Shown here in pieces: positions 46,695-56,742 of a stretch of 64,000 nucleotides of DNA. A model generated the notes under the pieces. That model did no database searches. It was not told the DNA's origin and was given only the letters and a program-made list of their open reading frames with translations. The first letter of the stretch is position 1. Every line of letters begins with the position of its first letter. Made by a program: the position numbers and the translations under genes. Source of the stretch: Minisyncoccota bacterium (GTDB lineage: Bacteria > Patescibacteriota > Minisyncoccia > Phycocordibacterales > UBA918); NCBI GenBank assembly GCA_937975855.1, contig CALJTT010000004.1:5583-69582 (forward strand). Direction: 5' to 3'.

Positions 46695-49600
46695 TTAGTT
46701 CGCAACTAGCTGTGCGTTGTCAATTTCTAGGAATCCGACTGCTGCTAGGTTGTTGAAGATTGTTACAGTTACAACATCTTCGGGAGTAATAAAGATGTAC
46801 GATGTTTCGTTCCATCCGGCAGATACAGCCAATTGTCCAAGAGTGTCGTAGACAAAGCTTCCATCGTTCATTGTGTATCGCACCACTACGTCAGCCGCCA
46901 CATCGTTTTGGTGTCCGATTGTGAAAGTGTAGCTCGTGCTAGCTGTCACGTTAACGTCTCCAAAGTACCATTTAGCATCACCGCTAGTGTAGTCAGTAAA
47001 CTCAACTCGGGCAGCGTCAGATCCGTCAGGACCGGCTACTGGGTAAGTGAAGACTGCGTCATTGACTCCCCATCCGCCCTGGAGCCAGTTTGTTGGGTTG
47101 TTGGCAGAGCCGGCTTCAAGGTCGCCGTTGACAATCAGGTTCCCTCCCGTTGGTGGAGTAGTTGTACCATTGTCAACTATCAGAGTAATCTCGGTACTTT
47201 GTCCGATATTTCCAGCTTCGTCTTCTGCTTCCACTATTAGTTGGTGTGGACCATTTGTCAGTTCTGTTGTGTCGAGCACAAAGTCATAAGGCGCCACTCC
47301 GTCCGTGTCAGTCACCGCACCGTTCACTAGTAGTCTAGTTTGATCTACTCCGACATTATCAGTCACAGTCGCGTCGATATTCAGTACGCCGCCACGTGTC
47401 TCACCATCTGATAGATTTGTAAGAGTCACAACTGGCGCTTGTGTGTCGTTCGACGTTGTCGTTGTGCCTGTTGTCCCAGTCAGTACCCAATTGTCGATTT
47501 CTAGGAATCCAACTGCTGTCAGGTTGTGGAAGATTGTTACAGATTCTGTGTTTGTCGGCGTTGTGAAAGTACCATTGTTTGTAGTCCACGCAGCTGCAGG
47601 AGCGAGAGAATCTAGGAATCCATACTGGAATGTACCGTCAGTCATTGTGTACTGTGCAACTACTTCGGTTGCCACATCTGACCGGTACTGGTGAGAATAG
47701 CTGTACGCGTCTCCACTGACAACCGCAACTGGCGCAAAGTACCACTTCGCATCACCACTGTTGTAAGCTGTCATTTCGATTCGAGCAACGTCACCACCTT
47801 GTCCGTCAACTGGATAGATGAAGTTTGCAGTATTATCTCCCCATCCGCCCTGGAACCAACCATTTGGCGTTCCGACACCTGCTTCAATGTCGCCGTTGAC
47901 AATCAAGTTGTCGCCAGTTGGAGGGTCGACTGGATCAGTAGTTGTTCCAGTATCGTTCTCAACCACTATTGTCAGCTGATCGGCAGCAGCGTTTGCATTG
48001 GCTGATGCGTCGATAGCTTCAGCTCGCAGTGTATATGTGCCGTTTGCCAGTGAAGTCACATCCACTGCAAATGCATAAGGTGCAGTTGTGTCGGTGTAGA
48101 AAAGCGAAGTTCCAACAATACTAAGAGTTGTTTCTGTGATACCGCTTGCGTCCTCGGCGTCTAGTCGCACTTCAAACGCACCTGACAAGGTTTGTCCATT
48201 TCCGATGTTGGCAATCGCAACATCAGGAGCAACATTGTCGTCATCCACTGGAGTTCCTGCGTCACCAACCAGACTCACATTGTCGATCTCTAGGAAACCA
48301 ACTGCTGCCAGGTTGTGGAAGATTGTTGCCGCAGTAGCGTTTGCTGGTGCAGTAAACTGGAATGTGTTTTCTGTCCATGTTGCTACAGGTGCTTTACTGT
48401 CGATGAATTCGTATTGGAATGTTCCATCAGTCAGAGTGTAAGCAACGACTGTTTCGGTCGTAACGTCAGAACGATAGAAGTTTGTGAACTCGTACACTTC
48501 GTTTGGCGTGATTGCCACTGGAGCAAAGAACCACTTTCCGTCTCCGCTTGTGTATGAAATCATTTCTACTCGCGCTGCGTCTCCGTTTTGTCCTGCAACT
48601 GGATACGTGAATACACGATCGTTAGTTCCCCATCCTCCTTGTGCCCAGTTTGTTGGGTTGTTAGCAGAGCCTGCTTCCAGGTCGCCGTTAGCGATTAGAT
48701 TATCGCCAGTTGGAGGGTCCACAGGATCACCAGTCACTTGTACTAGCGACACGTTGTCGATGTAGCCATAAGAAGGCTGAGTAACATCTACCACTAATGG
48801 TGTGTGGAAGACTGTTACTGTCGCTGCGTTTTCTACTGCTACAAAATCTACTTCGTAACTAGTTAGGTCATTAGGACTATTCGTGTCGTAGGCCGGAGAA
48901 TATCCAAGCAACTCAGCTTGAGTTGTGCCATCAGCCAATGTGTAGAATGCTACAACCTCGTTACTGTTTTTGCTTGAGTAATCAACGCTAAATCGATATG
49001 TCTCGCCAGCAGTTACAGCCACGTCGTCGAATACCCATTTTGCATCGCCCGAAGTGTAGTTAAAGATTTCTACGTAGCCAACATTGTTGCCGGTAGTATC
49101 TTGGAAGACATTGTAGTTGTTGTCGTTGATACCGTAACCACCTTCTCGCCATCCTACTGGATCGCCAGCTGCGTCGAGCACTTCGAATCCGCCGTTATTT
49201 ACCAAGTTATCACCTGGTACAACAACTTGGTTGTCGATCACAATCGAAATTTCTACTGCATCGTTGTTTCCAAATGGATCGTATGAAGTTGCTTTTAGTA
49301 CGTTAGTACCGTTCACAAAGTCAGTTGTGTCAACCACTACTTCGTATGGTGCCGTTGCGTCTTCTACGCCAATTGCATTTCCGTTAAGTGCGAAGAACAC
49401 ACCAACCACTTCAGTTTCGTCGGTAGCAGTCGCTTCAAAAGTTACTGTCCCCGAAACTGTTTCGCCGTCTGTGTGACTCACGATGTTTACTACTGGAGGA
49501 TTTGTTTCTGACTGGTTTCCAGTTGAAGATGCCGTAATAACCACGTCATCGATAGTCAATGTTCCCACTGCACTAATAAGGTGGAATGGTGTCATCGTCA

Positions 49601-52600
49601 CTGCGTTTTCTGGTGCAATGAATGATCCTTCTTCTAATGTCCAGTCTGTTGCTTGTAGAATTTCTTTCCCAATTCCTTGGTAGAAGAATGAGCCGTCAGT
49701 CATTGTGTACTGTGCGATCACGTCTGAAATTGTGTCTGACTTGTAGTACGTACTGAAATTGTACTCAGTTCCCGGTGTCACCGGAATCGGTGTGTGTGCC
49801 CACTTTGAGTCACCACTGTCTGTTACTTCGTATTCGGTAATTACTACCTGCGCAGCATTTCCGCCATTTCGTCCTGGTACTGGGAAGACGTGGTTTCGGG
49901 TGTGAGTTCCCCATCCGCTTGGAGTCCAGTTTTGCGGTGTACCGTCACCGTTTACAAGCTCGAAGTCTCCGTTAAATACTAGATTCGGTTCAGGTTCGAC
50001 TACAATTTCTTTCAAAGAAAGAGAGTACTCGTCAACCTTTACTGTTCCGTTTTGAGCCAAGTCGTGGAAGACTGTCATACTCTGCATACCCTCTGGTACA
50101 ACAATGTCGTAGTTTGTAGTTGTCGGGTCCGCTGCTGGCGGCAATAGGCCTAAACTCTGGTATAGGTACGAACCATCTGGGCGAGCATACTGAATAGTCA
50201 GCTCAGTGTTTACATTAGCTGTATAGAGGTGGCTGAACTCGTAAGTGTTACCTGGCACCACAAACACTGGCGCAAAGTACCATCGAGCAGCACCGGCGCT
50301 GTAGTCGGCCACAGTAAGTTCTGCTGCAGTGTTGCCGCTTAGTCCAATAACTGGATAAGTAAACGTCGGCGTCATACTTCCAAACCAACCAGGAATCCAG
50401 TTCAAGGGCTGAGAAGGAATTATTGGGTCACCAATTTCCATTGAAGGGTTATTGATCAGGTTGCCAGTTCCCCCACCATTGTTTAGGTACATGTTGATAC
50501 TAGTTGTATCAGTCAGGCCGTTCGCGTCGGTGACAGTAAGTTCGATTTCCATGTAAACGTCACTATCGTTATGGTCGTCTGCTACAAAAGTAATTTGTTT
50601 AGTGTCAGAAAACTGCTGCACTGTGTGAGTGTGCACGTTGTGATGCAGGATTACAGTCCAGTCAAACGCACTGGCTGGCAAATTACCGTCCTCAGGATCA
50701 ATAGCGTCACCATTAACAGTAACGTTCTCAAGTGGGAAATACAGAGATCCGCTAGTAGGACTAATGATAGAAGCTGCTGGCTTTTGGTTACCAACTGTAA
50801 CGTCGATACTTTCTGACGCAGATGCGCCAAAACTATCTGTTACTGTAAGGGCTGCAGTGTAAACACCGTTAACGTTGTATGTGTGAGTCGGGTTAGCAAT
50901 ATTTGCCGTTACGCCATCGTCAAAATCCCAAAGGAAATCAACCGCGTCGGCGTCAGGGTCAAATGTGCCAGTACTGTCAAACTGAACAGTCAACGGAGAC
51001 AGACCAGACGTAACATCAGCTGAAGCAGAAACGACCGGTCGTCGATTACCATCAGTGTGAGTTAGTCGGTTAAGTGAACCAAAAGCGATATCAATATAAT
51101 GAACATTACCATCTGCACCAGTGTTGAACTCAACTGGGAAAACAAAGTCGCTCTGGAAGTCTTCAACTGAAGCAACGCTTCCGTCAGCATTTAGAACCAT
51201 TCGCTTGATCCATTGCTGAGCATAGTCACCAATAAACAAACTGCTGTCATACTGGTCTGGATATGCGTCATTAGTACCAAACGATCCGACAATAATAGAT
51301 CCAGCGCCCGAAGCGTTATGCGGATAGTCATAAATGGGGTCGGTGTCAGCTGTCGGATTTGTACAGTTGTAAGGAGAATTATTTGCTCCTTCGCGACATG
51401 GCCATCCGTAGTTGTTACCAGGGTTGATTTCGTTTACTTCTTCCCAGTCACTCCATCCTACGTCTCCACCATAAAGTCGACCTGTTGTTTCGTTGAAGCT
51501 CAGTCGGAACATGTTACGGAATCCGTACGCGTAGACCTTTGAACGGTTTGAGTTTACGTCACCGTCAAAGAAAGGGTTGTCAGTTGGAGCTGTTCCGTCA
51601 GTATTAATTCGAAGCACCTTACCTGCTAGCGAGTCGATATCTTGAGCACGAAAAGCTCGTGGGTCGATCGCTGCAAAGTCAGCGCCGTCTCCAAGAGAAG
51701 CGTATAGCTTTCCATCAGGTCCAAATTTTAGTGCACCAACACTATGACTGTTAGAGTCAGACGCAATACAGTCAGCTGTTACGGCAAAGTCTTCACAAGA
51801 CATGTTGGTTGCATCGCCGCCAACAGTACCAACTAGTACAAATTTACTAGATTCACTAGCAACATCTCCTATCACTGTGACTCTTACAATACGACCAGTT
51901 TTTGGCCCAGAAGGATTTAGACCAGGAGTGTTTTCATAAGAGTACGAAAGATACAAATATCCGTTACTGGAGAAGTTTGGATCAAGCGTCATTCCAATCA
52001 AACCACGGTCACCAAAAGTGTTGATGTCGGTCAACGTGATAACCGGCGTCGGAAGAACCGCGCCGTTTTTTACCACCTTAACTACTCCGTTCTTTTCAGC
52101 AACAAAGATTCGTCCGTCGGCTGCAAAAGCAGTCGCTGTAGGTAGAGAAAATCCACCAGCGATTACTTCACTTTCAAAACCTGGCTCGACGATCTGTGCA
52201 CCTGCAACAGCTGGGATAGCGAGCAGAGTTCCACCCAACACAACAACCATCAGAAGACGTGATACTCCGATAAAGGCAAGTAACGCTGCAGTAGTGCCGC
52301 TTACATACTGTATAGCAGGAGCGAAGAGTCGTGACTTCAACGGATTGTACAGAACAAACGTGATCAGAGCAGCCAAACCAACGCCAACTGGCACAAAGAA
52401 TGTTTCGTTAAAGACTACACTGGACATCGCTGTAAAAAATAGTCCAACTGCCCACTTTAGAGCAATGATCTGTGGCTCGTCAGCTCCGTACTGGAAGCCA
52501 AGGTAGACAGAAAATCCAAATACCGTAAACACGTAGGTCGCCAACACAATAACAATTGCGTAAGAAGCGATCGTGTTCATAATTTTACTTTTGAACCAAC

Positions 52601-52727
52601 CGCCGTGCTTGCCGTGTGTTTGGAAAGCTGAAAGATGTGCGTTGCCTTTAAGTTTGTTCGACAATGCCGCCAGCCCAATAACTGTGAGGTGGAACAACAG
52701 TGAGAATCCAAGAAATGAAAGAAACAT
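46695..52727 (-). CDS. Membrane-anchored PQQ-dependent sugar dehydrogenase-like (GSDH) protein with PKD, six CBM4/9-like and three Ig-like domains
   Basis: N-terminal TMs, DGRIFVAEK...DRGLIG...FGPDGKLYASLGD...AYGFRN...GDVG...NYGWP (GSDH), a PKD domain (WDFDDG..HTY), and NL..NG..E repeats. Confidence 0.85.
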   Translation of the reverse strand: MFLSFLGFSLLFHLTVIGLAALSNKLKGNAHLSAFQTHGKHGGWFKSKIMNTIASYAIVIVLATYVFTVFGFSVYLGFQYGADEPQIIALKWAVGLFFTAMSSVVFNETFFVPVGVGLAALITFVLYNPLKSRLFAPAIQYVSGTTAALLAFIGVSRLLMVVVLGGTLLAIPAVAGAQIVEPGFESEVIAGGFSLPTATAFAADGRIFVAEKNGVVKVVKNGAVLPTPVITLTDINTFGDRGLIGMTLDPNFSSNGYLYLSYSYENTPGLNPSGPKTGRIVRVTVIGDVASESSKFVLVGTVGGDATNMSCEDFAVTADCIASDSNSHSVGALKFGPDGKLYASLGDGADFAAIDPRAFRAQDIDSLAGKVLRINTDGTAPTDNPFFDGDVNSNRSKVYAYGFRNMFRLSFNETTGRLYGGDVGWSDWEEVNEINPGNNYGWPCREGANNSPYNCTNPTADTDPIYDYPHNASGAGSIIVGSFGTNDAYPDQYDSSLFIGDYAQQWIKRMVLNADGSVASVEDFQSDFVFPVEFNTGADGNVHYIDIAFGSLNRLTHTDGNRRPVVSASADVTSGLSPLTVQFDSTGTFDPDADAVDFLWDFDDGVTANIANPTHTYNVNGVYTAALTVTDSFGASASESIDVTVGNQKPAASIISPTSGSLYFPLENVTVNGDAIDPEDGNLPASAFDWTVILHHNVHTHTVQQFSDTKQITFVADDHNDSDVYMEIELTVTDANGLTDTTSINMYLNNGGGTGNLINNPSMEIGDPIIPSQPLNWIPGWFGSMTPTFTYPVIGLSGNTAAELTVADYSAGAARWYFAPVFVVPGNTYEFSHLYTANVNTELTIQYARPDGSYLYQSLGLLPPAADPTTTNYDIVVPEGMQSMTVFHDLAQNGTVKVDEYSLSLKEIVVEPEPNLVFNGDFELVNGDGTPQNWTPSGWGTHTRNHVFPVPGRNGGNAAQVVITEYEVTDSGDSKWAHTPIPVTPGTEYNFSTYYKSDTISDVIAQYTMTDGSFFYQGIGKEILQATDWTLEEGSFIAPENAVTMTPFHLISAVGTLTIDDVVITASSTGNQSETNPPVVNIVSHTDGETVSGTVTFEATATDETEVVGVFFALNGNAIGVEDATAPYEVVVDTTDFVNGTNVLKATSYDPFGNNDAVEISIVIDNQVVVPGDNLVNNGGFEVLDAAGDPVGWREGGYGINDNNYNVFQDTTGNNVGYVEIFNYTSGDAKWVFDDVAVTAGETYRFSVDYSSKNSNEVVAFYTLADGTTQAELLGYSPAYDTNSPNDLTSYEVDFVAVENAATVTVFHTPLVVDVTQPSYGYIDNVSLVQVTGDPVDPPTGDNLIANGDLEAGSANNPTNWAQGGWGTNDRVFTYPVAGQNGDAARVEMISYTSGDGKWFFAPVAITPNEVYEFTNFYRSDVTTETVVAYTLTDGTFQYEFIDSKAPVATWTENTFQFTAPANATAATIFHNLAAVGFLEIDNVSLVGDAGTPVDDDNVAPDVAIANIGNGQTLSGAFEVRLDAEDASGITETTLSIVGTSLFYTDTTAPYAFAVDVTSLANGTYTLRAEAIDASANANAAADQLTIVVENDTGTTTDPVDPPTGDNLIVNGDIEAGVGTPNGWFQGGWGDNTANFIYPVDGQGGDVARIEMTAYNSGDAKWYFAPVAVVSGDAYSYSHQYRSDVATEVVAQYTMTDGTFQYGFLDSLAPAAAWTTNNGTFTTPTNTESVTIFHNLTAVGFLEIDNWVLTGTTGTTTTSNDTQAPVVTLTNLSDGETRGGVLNIDATVTDNVGVDQTRLLVNGAVTDTDGVAPYDFVLDTTELTNGPHQLIVEAEDEAGNIGQSTEITLIVDNGTTTPPTGGNLIVNGDLEAGSANNPTNWLQGGWGVNDAVFTYPVAGPDGSDAARVEFTDYTSGDAKWYFGDVNVTASTSYTFTIGHQNDVAADVVVRYTMNDGSFVYDTLGQLAVSAGWNETSYIFITPEDVVTVTIFNNLAAVGFLEIDNAQLVAN

Positions 52728-52729
52728 AT

Positions 52730-53764
52730 TTAGGTTGTTACAGACTTATTAATAAACCGTTCAGGTTTGAACCACGTCAGGTTCTTACGTCGAAGGAAAA
52801 CTTCAATCACCATTTGTTCTAGGAAAATGTATGAATTGATTACTGCGATGAAAAGATATGGTATCGGCACCAAAATCAACTCCCAACGTTTTTCTCTCCA
52901 CGCAGCGTAGATCGCTAGAATAAAAGCAACTGGAAGATAAGTCAAAAGGAAGTACAAGAAGACCTTCAGGCTCAAGATCGGCAGAATAAATACCATCAGA
53001 GCGAACACTAGACCTTCTGTGTAAAGGATCGTAAGCACAAGACTACTCTTTGGCAAACGACCAGCAAGGCTATGGTGCTTCATGAGACACTGCCATCCAC
53101 CAGCAAGCCATCGGCGCATCTGGTTGATGTAAGAGTGAAGTGTAGCTGGATCCTGGGTGTACACGATCATACGACGGTCATACTGGATCTTTAGATCAAG
53201 TGTGTGCAGTCGGTAAGTAAAATCAAGATCCTCAGTCAAAGTATCGTGTTCAAATGGAATGTAGTTTCGAAAATCTTCAGTTTTGAACACCGCCGCAGCG
53301 CCAGGAATCACAAACAAGAATCCTAGGTGATGTTGCGATAGCTTGTGTAGGTTTTGCCCCACACTGTACTCAAAAGCACGACACGCTGTGATCCAGTTGT
53401 GACGCATGCTGCGCACGTAACCACTAACCGCTGATAGCTCAGGGTCTTTGTTTACGTTTTCCTCAAGATACATAAGGAAATCCTTGTCGAGGACTGTGTC
53501 ACCGTCAGTTGCCACAAAGTAGTCTGAGGTAACGAACTTTAGACCAATTTCTTGGGCGAAGCTTTTGTTCCCAGTTGCCTTAGGCATCGTCAGAACTGTG
53601 ATCTGATCACCGAACTCACGAAGAAGCTCGCCACTACGGTCATTACTACCATCATTAACAATGATGATTTGATCAGCAGGGCGTGTTTGAGCCAAGCATG
53701 AACGAACGCAGTCGGCGATACCAACTTCTTCGTTATAGCATGGGATTAAAATTGAGATTGTCAT
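52730..53764 (-). CDS. Processive GT2 glycosyltransferase (PgaC/IcaA/NodC-like)
   Basis: IPCYNEE, NDGS, DGD, TED and QMRRW, with C-terminal TMs. 2-nt gap to the dehydrogenase gene. Confidence 0.9.
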   Translation of the reverse strand: MTISILIPCYNEEVGIADCVRSCLAQTRPADQIIIVNDGSNDRSGELLREFGDQITVLTMPKATGNKSFAQEIGLKFVTSDYFVATDGDTVLDKDFLMYLEENVNKDPELSAVSGYVRSMRHNWITACRAFEYSVGQNLHKLSQHHLGFLFVIPGAAAVFKTEDFRNYIPFEHDTLTEDLDFTYRLHTLDLKIQYDRRMIVYTQDPATLHSYINQMRRWLAGGWQCLMKHHSLAGRLPKSSLVLTILYTEGLVFALMVFILPILSLKVFLYFLLTYLPVAFILAIYAAWREKRWELILVPIPYLFIAVINSYIFLEQMVIEVFLRRKNLTWFKPERFINKSVTT

Positions 53765-53790
53765 ACTTTTTATAATAATTTATTTTCCGA

Positions 53791-53867
53791 AGCTACTCTC
53801 CTTCACGTAACAAAATGCCCGCCAAAGTGCCGGCGAACTACTCTTTGCTACACAGAGGAGAACAGCT
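53791..53867 (-). promoter_or_regulatory. Long structured 5' leader hairpin of the GT2 operon
   Basis: Three stacked stems whose G-U pairs work only on the minus (sense) strand. Confidence 0.55.
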
Positions 53868-53878
53868 CTACGTCCCAA

Positions 53879-53907
53879 TATATATACTATATAACCACTT
53901 TTGTCAA
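53879..53907 (-). promoter_or_regulatory. Sigma70-like promoter (TTGACA-17 nt-TATATA)
   Basis: TTGACA at 53907-53902 and an AT-rich -10 at 53884-53879. Confidence 0.55.
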
Positions 53908-53982
53908 GGGCTAGAGGTATTATTGTATCGGCTTACTGGAAACCTCTTTATGAGACGTAAAATAACCTTTATTTGTCACCAA

Positions 53983-54612
53983 CTATTCGACCTTTAACTT
54001 AGCAAAAACAACGCGATTGTGCGAATAGCGACTAGTGTCAGAATCGTACCATCCAGAGCAAGTTACGAGGCGTAAACCTGCGTGATCGATGTCGCCATAT
54101 ACTAAACTAGTCGGGAAAGAAGATTGCTCGTATTTCTCGCTGCCAGTTACTTTAAACGTGGCTTCAGAGCCGTCCGACAGGCCTATAACGATGTCGTCAC
54201 CCTTATCTAACTGTCCTAGAGCGTAAAACACTGCGGGTCCGTCCAGGGAGTCCACATGGCCCAAAATCACGGCCGGCCCTAGTTCCCCTGGTACAGGACT
54301 GTGCTTATACCAACCAACTGTCTCATATTCAGCAGGAACCTCCACCTCTTGATTAGATTGCAACCCAAGCGGATTCGTAAAATCAGCCGTCAGACCCAAG
54401 TCTGGGATGCGCAAGGTTGTGGGCAGCAACTCGTCACCAGGCTGAGATACATTATGTTCAGTTTGAACCTGCACCCGATCAGTTGGAGTATGTGACAAAA
54501 CAGCAGATGGAGCGTTTTCGCCAATAGCTATCACCAATGCCACACAAGCCAAAAAAACGCCCAAGGGGGCGTATTTTTTGTAAACGTCAATTAGATTAAG
54601 ACGATTAGACAT
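53983..54612 (-). CDS. Class F sortase
   Basis: VGWY..SPVPGELGPAVILGHVDS, LRLVTC and HNRVV (His/Cys/Arg triad), with an N-terminal TM. Confidence 0.9.
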   Translation of the reverse strand: MSNRLNLIDVYKKYAPLGVFLACVALVIAIGENAPSAVLSHTPTDRVQVQTEHNVSQPGDELLPTTLRIPDLGLTADFTNPLGLQSNQEVEVPAEYETVGWYKHSPVPGELGPAVILGHVDSLDGPAVFYALGQLDKGDDIVIGLSDGSEATFKVTGSEKYEQSSFPTSLVYGDIDHAGLRLVTCSGWYDSDTSRYSHNRVVFAKLKVE

Positions 54613-56608
54613 TGACCTTTAGTCGACGAGCACCTAGCACTGCTGCTACAGCAGCTACAAGCATCGCAAACGTCCCAGCTGCTGGAATAGTTGGTGCTGT
54701 GCTACCAGCACCTGCATTTACTCCACCAAATGGTACAGCTGATACTTGTTCTCCAAGCACCATTCCTTGTGGGGCTGAAGCTGAAGAATCTGAGATACCA
54801 GCAACTGTTGGCTGCGCAGTACCAGTACTTAGTCCATCACGGGCACCAACTCGTGTTCCTGAAGATGAGCTTCCGCCGTTACCGTTGTCATCATTGTTAG
54901 CAGATGAACCTCCACCGCTTCCGCCGTTAGATCCACCTGAACCACCGTTTGAAGTAGTTGTTCCATTACCTGAACCGTCTCCTGTTGCAGTCATTGTGTT
55001 GTAGAAGTCAACGCTATATTCAGCATCGTTGATAACAAATCCGTTTGCTTCTCCTACCATTACTTGAGCATCAGTGTCAGACACTGAAAGTTGTGCTTCA
55101 GTAGCTGCAGCTCCGTCTCGCATTGCTGATACGAATTCCCAGCCTGTTTGCATTGATTCTGCTACACGGTACTCGAAAGTGTAAGCATCAGTTGGCTGTA
55201 CGTAAGCTGGTGTCCACTCTGTTCCATCTGTCCAACGTAGGCAGTAGTATCCGCCTGCGTCTGTAGTGTCAGTGTCGATCACGTATGTAAGTACTGTTCC
55301 GTCAGTGTTTGTAATAACCTTACGTAGACTCATATCCCAACCTGAAAGTGGATTTCCGTCAGCGTCATATTTGTAACCTTGGTATTCGCAACCTTCTTCT
55401 GGACTCGCTACTGCTGTGTCCGAACCTCCACCTGTTGTTGAGTCAGTTGTTGTGCCTGATCCATCTTCAGTTGTAGTTCCATTGTCTGTATCTGTCCCGT
55501 CAGGAGTTGTAGTTCCTGTGTCTGTACCGTCGTCACTTGATGATGCAGTGTTATCAGTCGAGGTTGCTGAGTTGTCAGTTGAAGTAGCTGAGTTGTCTGT
55601 GGTAGTTGAATTATCAGTTGTTCCGTCATCAGAAGATGATGCAGAATTGTCAGTTGAAGTTGCAGAGTCTACTGTTGAAGTAGCTGAGTCGTCTGTGGTA
55701 GTTGCCGTCTCGTCTGTTGATGTTGCTGTGTCTTCAGTTGAAGTAGCAGTTTCATCTACCACAACAACGTCGCTAACAGTTACCGTTAGGTCTACTGGAG
55801 CGCCAACAACCGCCCCACCAGTCTCTTCAAGCAAAGTGACAGTTAGTGTGTACTCGCCAGCAACATCGTTGCTGTAGCAAATTCCCTTTTCTGCACCGAT
55901 AACAAACTCGTTGTCAGCGTCTACAACAGGGTTGTTACAAGCACCACCAATTGTGCCGTTGTAGAAAGATCCTGCAGCGCCATTGTCAGAAACAGTTACA
56001 ACTGTTGTTGAGCCGTCAAAACCGTCTTCTGCAGTCACCCCAGCGACAAAGTTAACCAACGCGCCAGTGTCTACTGTAAGAGTCTGTGGTGTTGCGCTTA
56101 GTGTCGCAGTTGGCGGCACTGTTACTACGTCGCTTCCGTCGTCGTATGTTGCAGTAGCGTTAACTACAACACCTGGTTCTGCGTCGAAGTTTCCTGTAGC
56201 AACAACCTCAGCGCCTGCTGCGGTGTTCAATGTGATGCTTTCAGTAGTGTTTCCTAGTGACTCAGCTCCCCAGTCTTCGTCACATCCGAGTCCACCGTTT
56301 AGTGCTTCGTCGTCGTTACGACAAACTGTAAAAGTGTCTCCATCAGCCAAAACTGCAGAGCCGATAACATGGATTCTTCCAGCGTTATCTAGGATCTCCC
56401 AGCCTGTGATGTCAACTTGTTCTGTACCATCATATGAAATAGATACATATTCACCCACTTCCTCTGACAATGGGTCAGGGTCTGCAACTACTGCCAGGGT
56501 AAATGTTCCAGCCGCCGCGTGAAGCGGTTGCATAGGTAACAATACTGCTAAGAGCGATAGGGTTGTGAGCACTGCCCATACGCGTGCAAAAGAAATTCGC
56601 TGAGTCAT
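54605..56608 (-). CDS. Putative sortase substrate: lamin-tail-like domain, Thr/Ser/Asp repeats, C-terminal sorting signal
   Basis: EYVSI...VDITGWEI...SLGNTTESITL (LTD-like), then VPFGGVNAG + hydrophobic helix + RRLK. Overlaps the sortase start. Confidence 0.78.
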   Translation of the reverse strand: MTQRISFARVWAVLTTLSLLAVLLPMQPLHAAAGTFTLAVVADPDPLSEEVGEYVSISYDGTEQVDITGWEILDNAGRIHVIGSAVLADGDTFTVCRNDDEALNGGLGCDEDWGAESLGNTTESITLNTAAGAEVVATGNFDAEPGVVVNATATYDDGSDVVTVPPTATLSATPQTLTVDTGALVNFVAGVTAEDGFDGSTTVVTVSDNGAAGSFYNGTIGGACNNPVVDADNEFVIGAEKGICYSNDVAGEYTLTVTLLEETGGAVVGAPVDLTVTVSDVVVVDETATSTEDTATSTDETATTTDDSATSTVDSATSTDNSASSSDDGTTDNSTTTDNSATSTDNSATSTDNTASSSDDGTDTGTTTPDGTDTDNGTTTEDGSGTTTDSTTGGGSDTAVASPEEGCEYQGYKYDADGNPLSGWDMSLRKVITNTDGTVLTYVIDTDTTDAGGYYCLRWTDGTEWTPAYVQPTDAYTFEYRVAESMQTGWEFVSAMRDGAAATEAQLSVSDTDAQVMVGEANGFVINDAEYSVDFYNTMTATGDGSGNGTTTSNGGSGGSNGGSGGGSSANNDDNGNGGSSSSGTRVGARDGLSTGTAQPTVAGISDSSASAPQGMVLGEQVSAVPFGGVNAGAGSTAPTIPAAGTFAMLVAAVAAVLGARRLKVNV
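55530..55760 (-). repeat. Degenerate 21-nt/7-aa tandem repeat (D-x-S/T-A-T-S-T)
   Basis: DETATST EDTATST DETATTT DDSATST VDSATST DNSASSS...DNSATST DNSATST DNTASSS. Confidence 0.8.
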
Positions 56609-56742
56609 AAAAACGTTGTTAAATAAGGATATTACTAATATTTTACCACACCACAGACTATAAGAGTTGTTGTGTTACTCGCATCGTACACAATTATGAA
56701 AAAATTGCAAGTCATGCCACTGAATAGCGACTTTGGCAAGAG

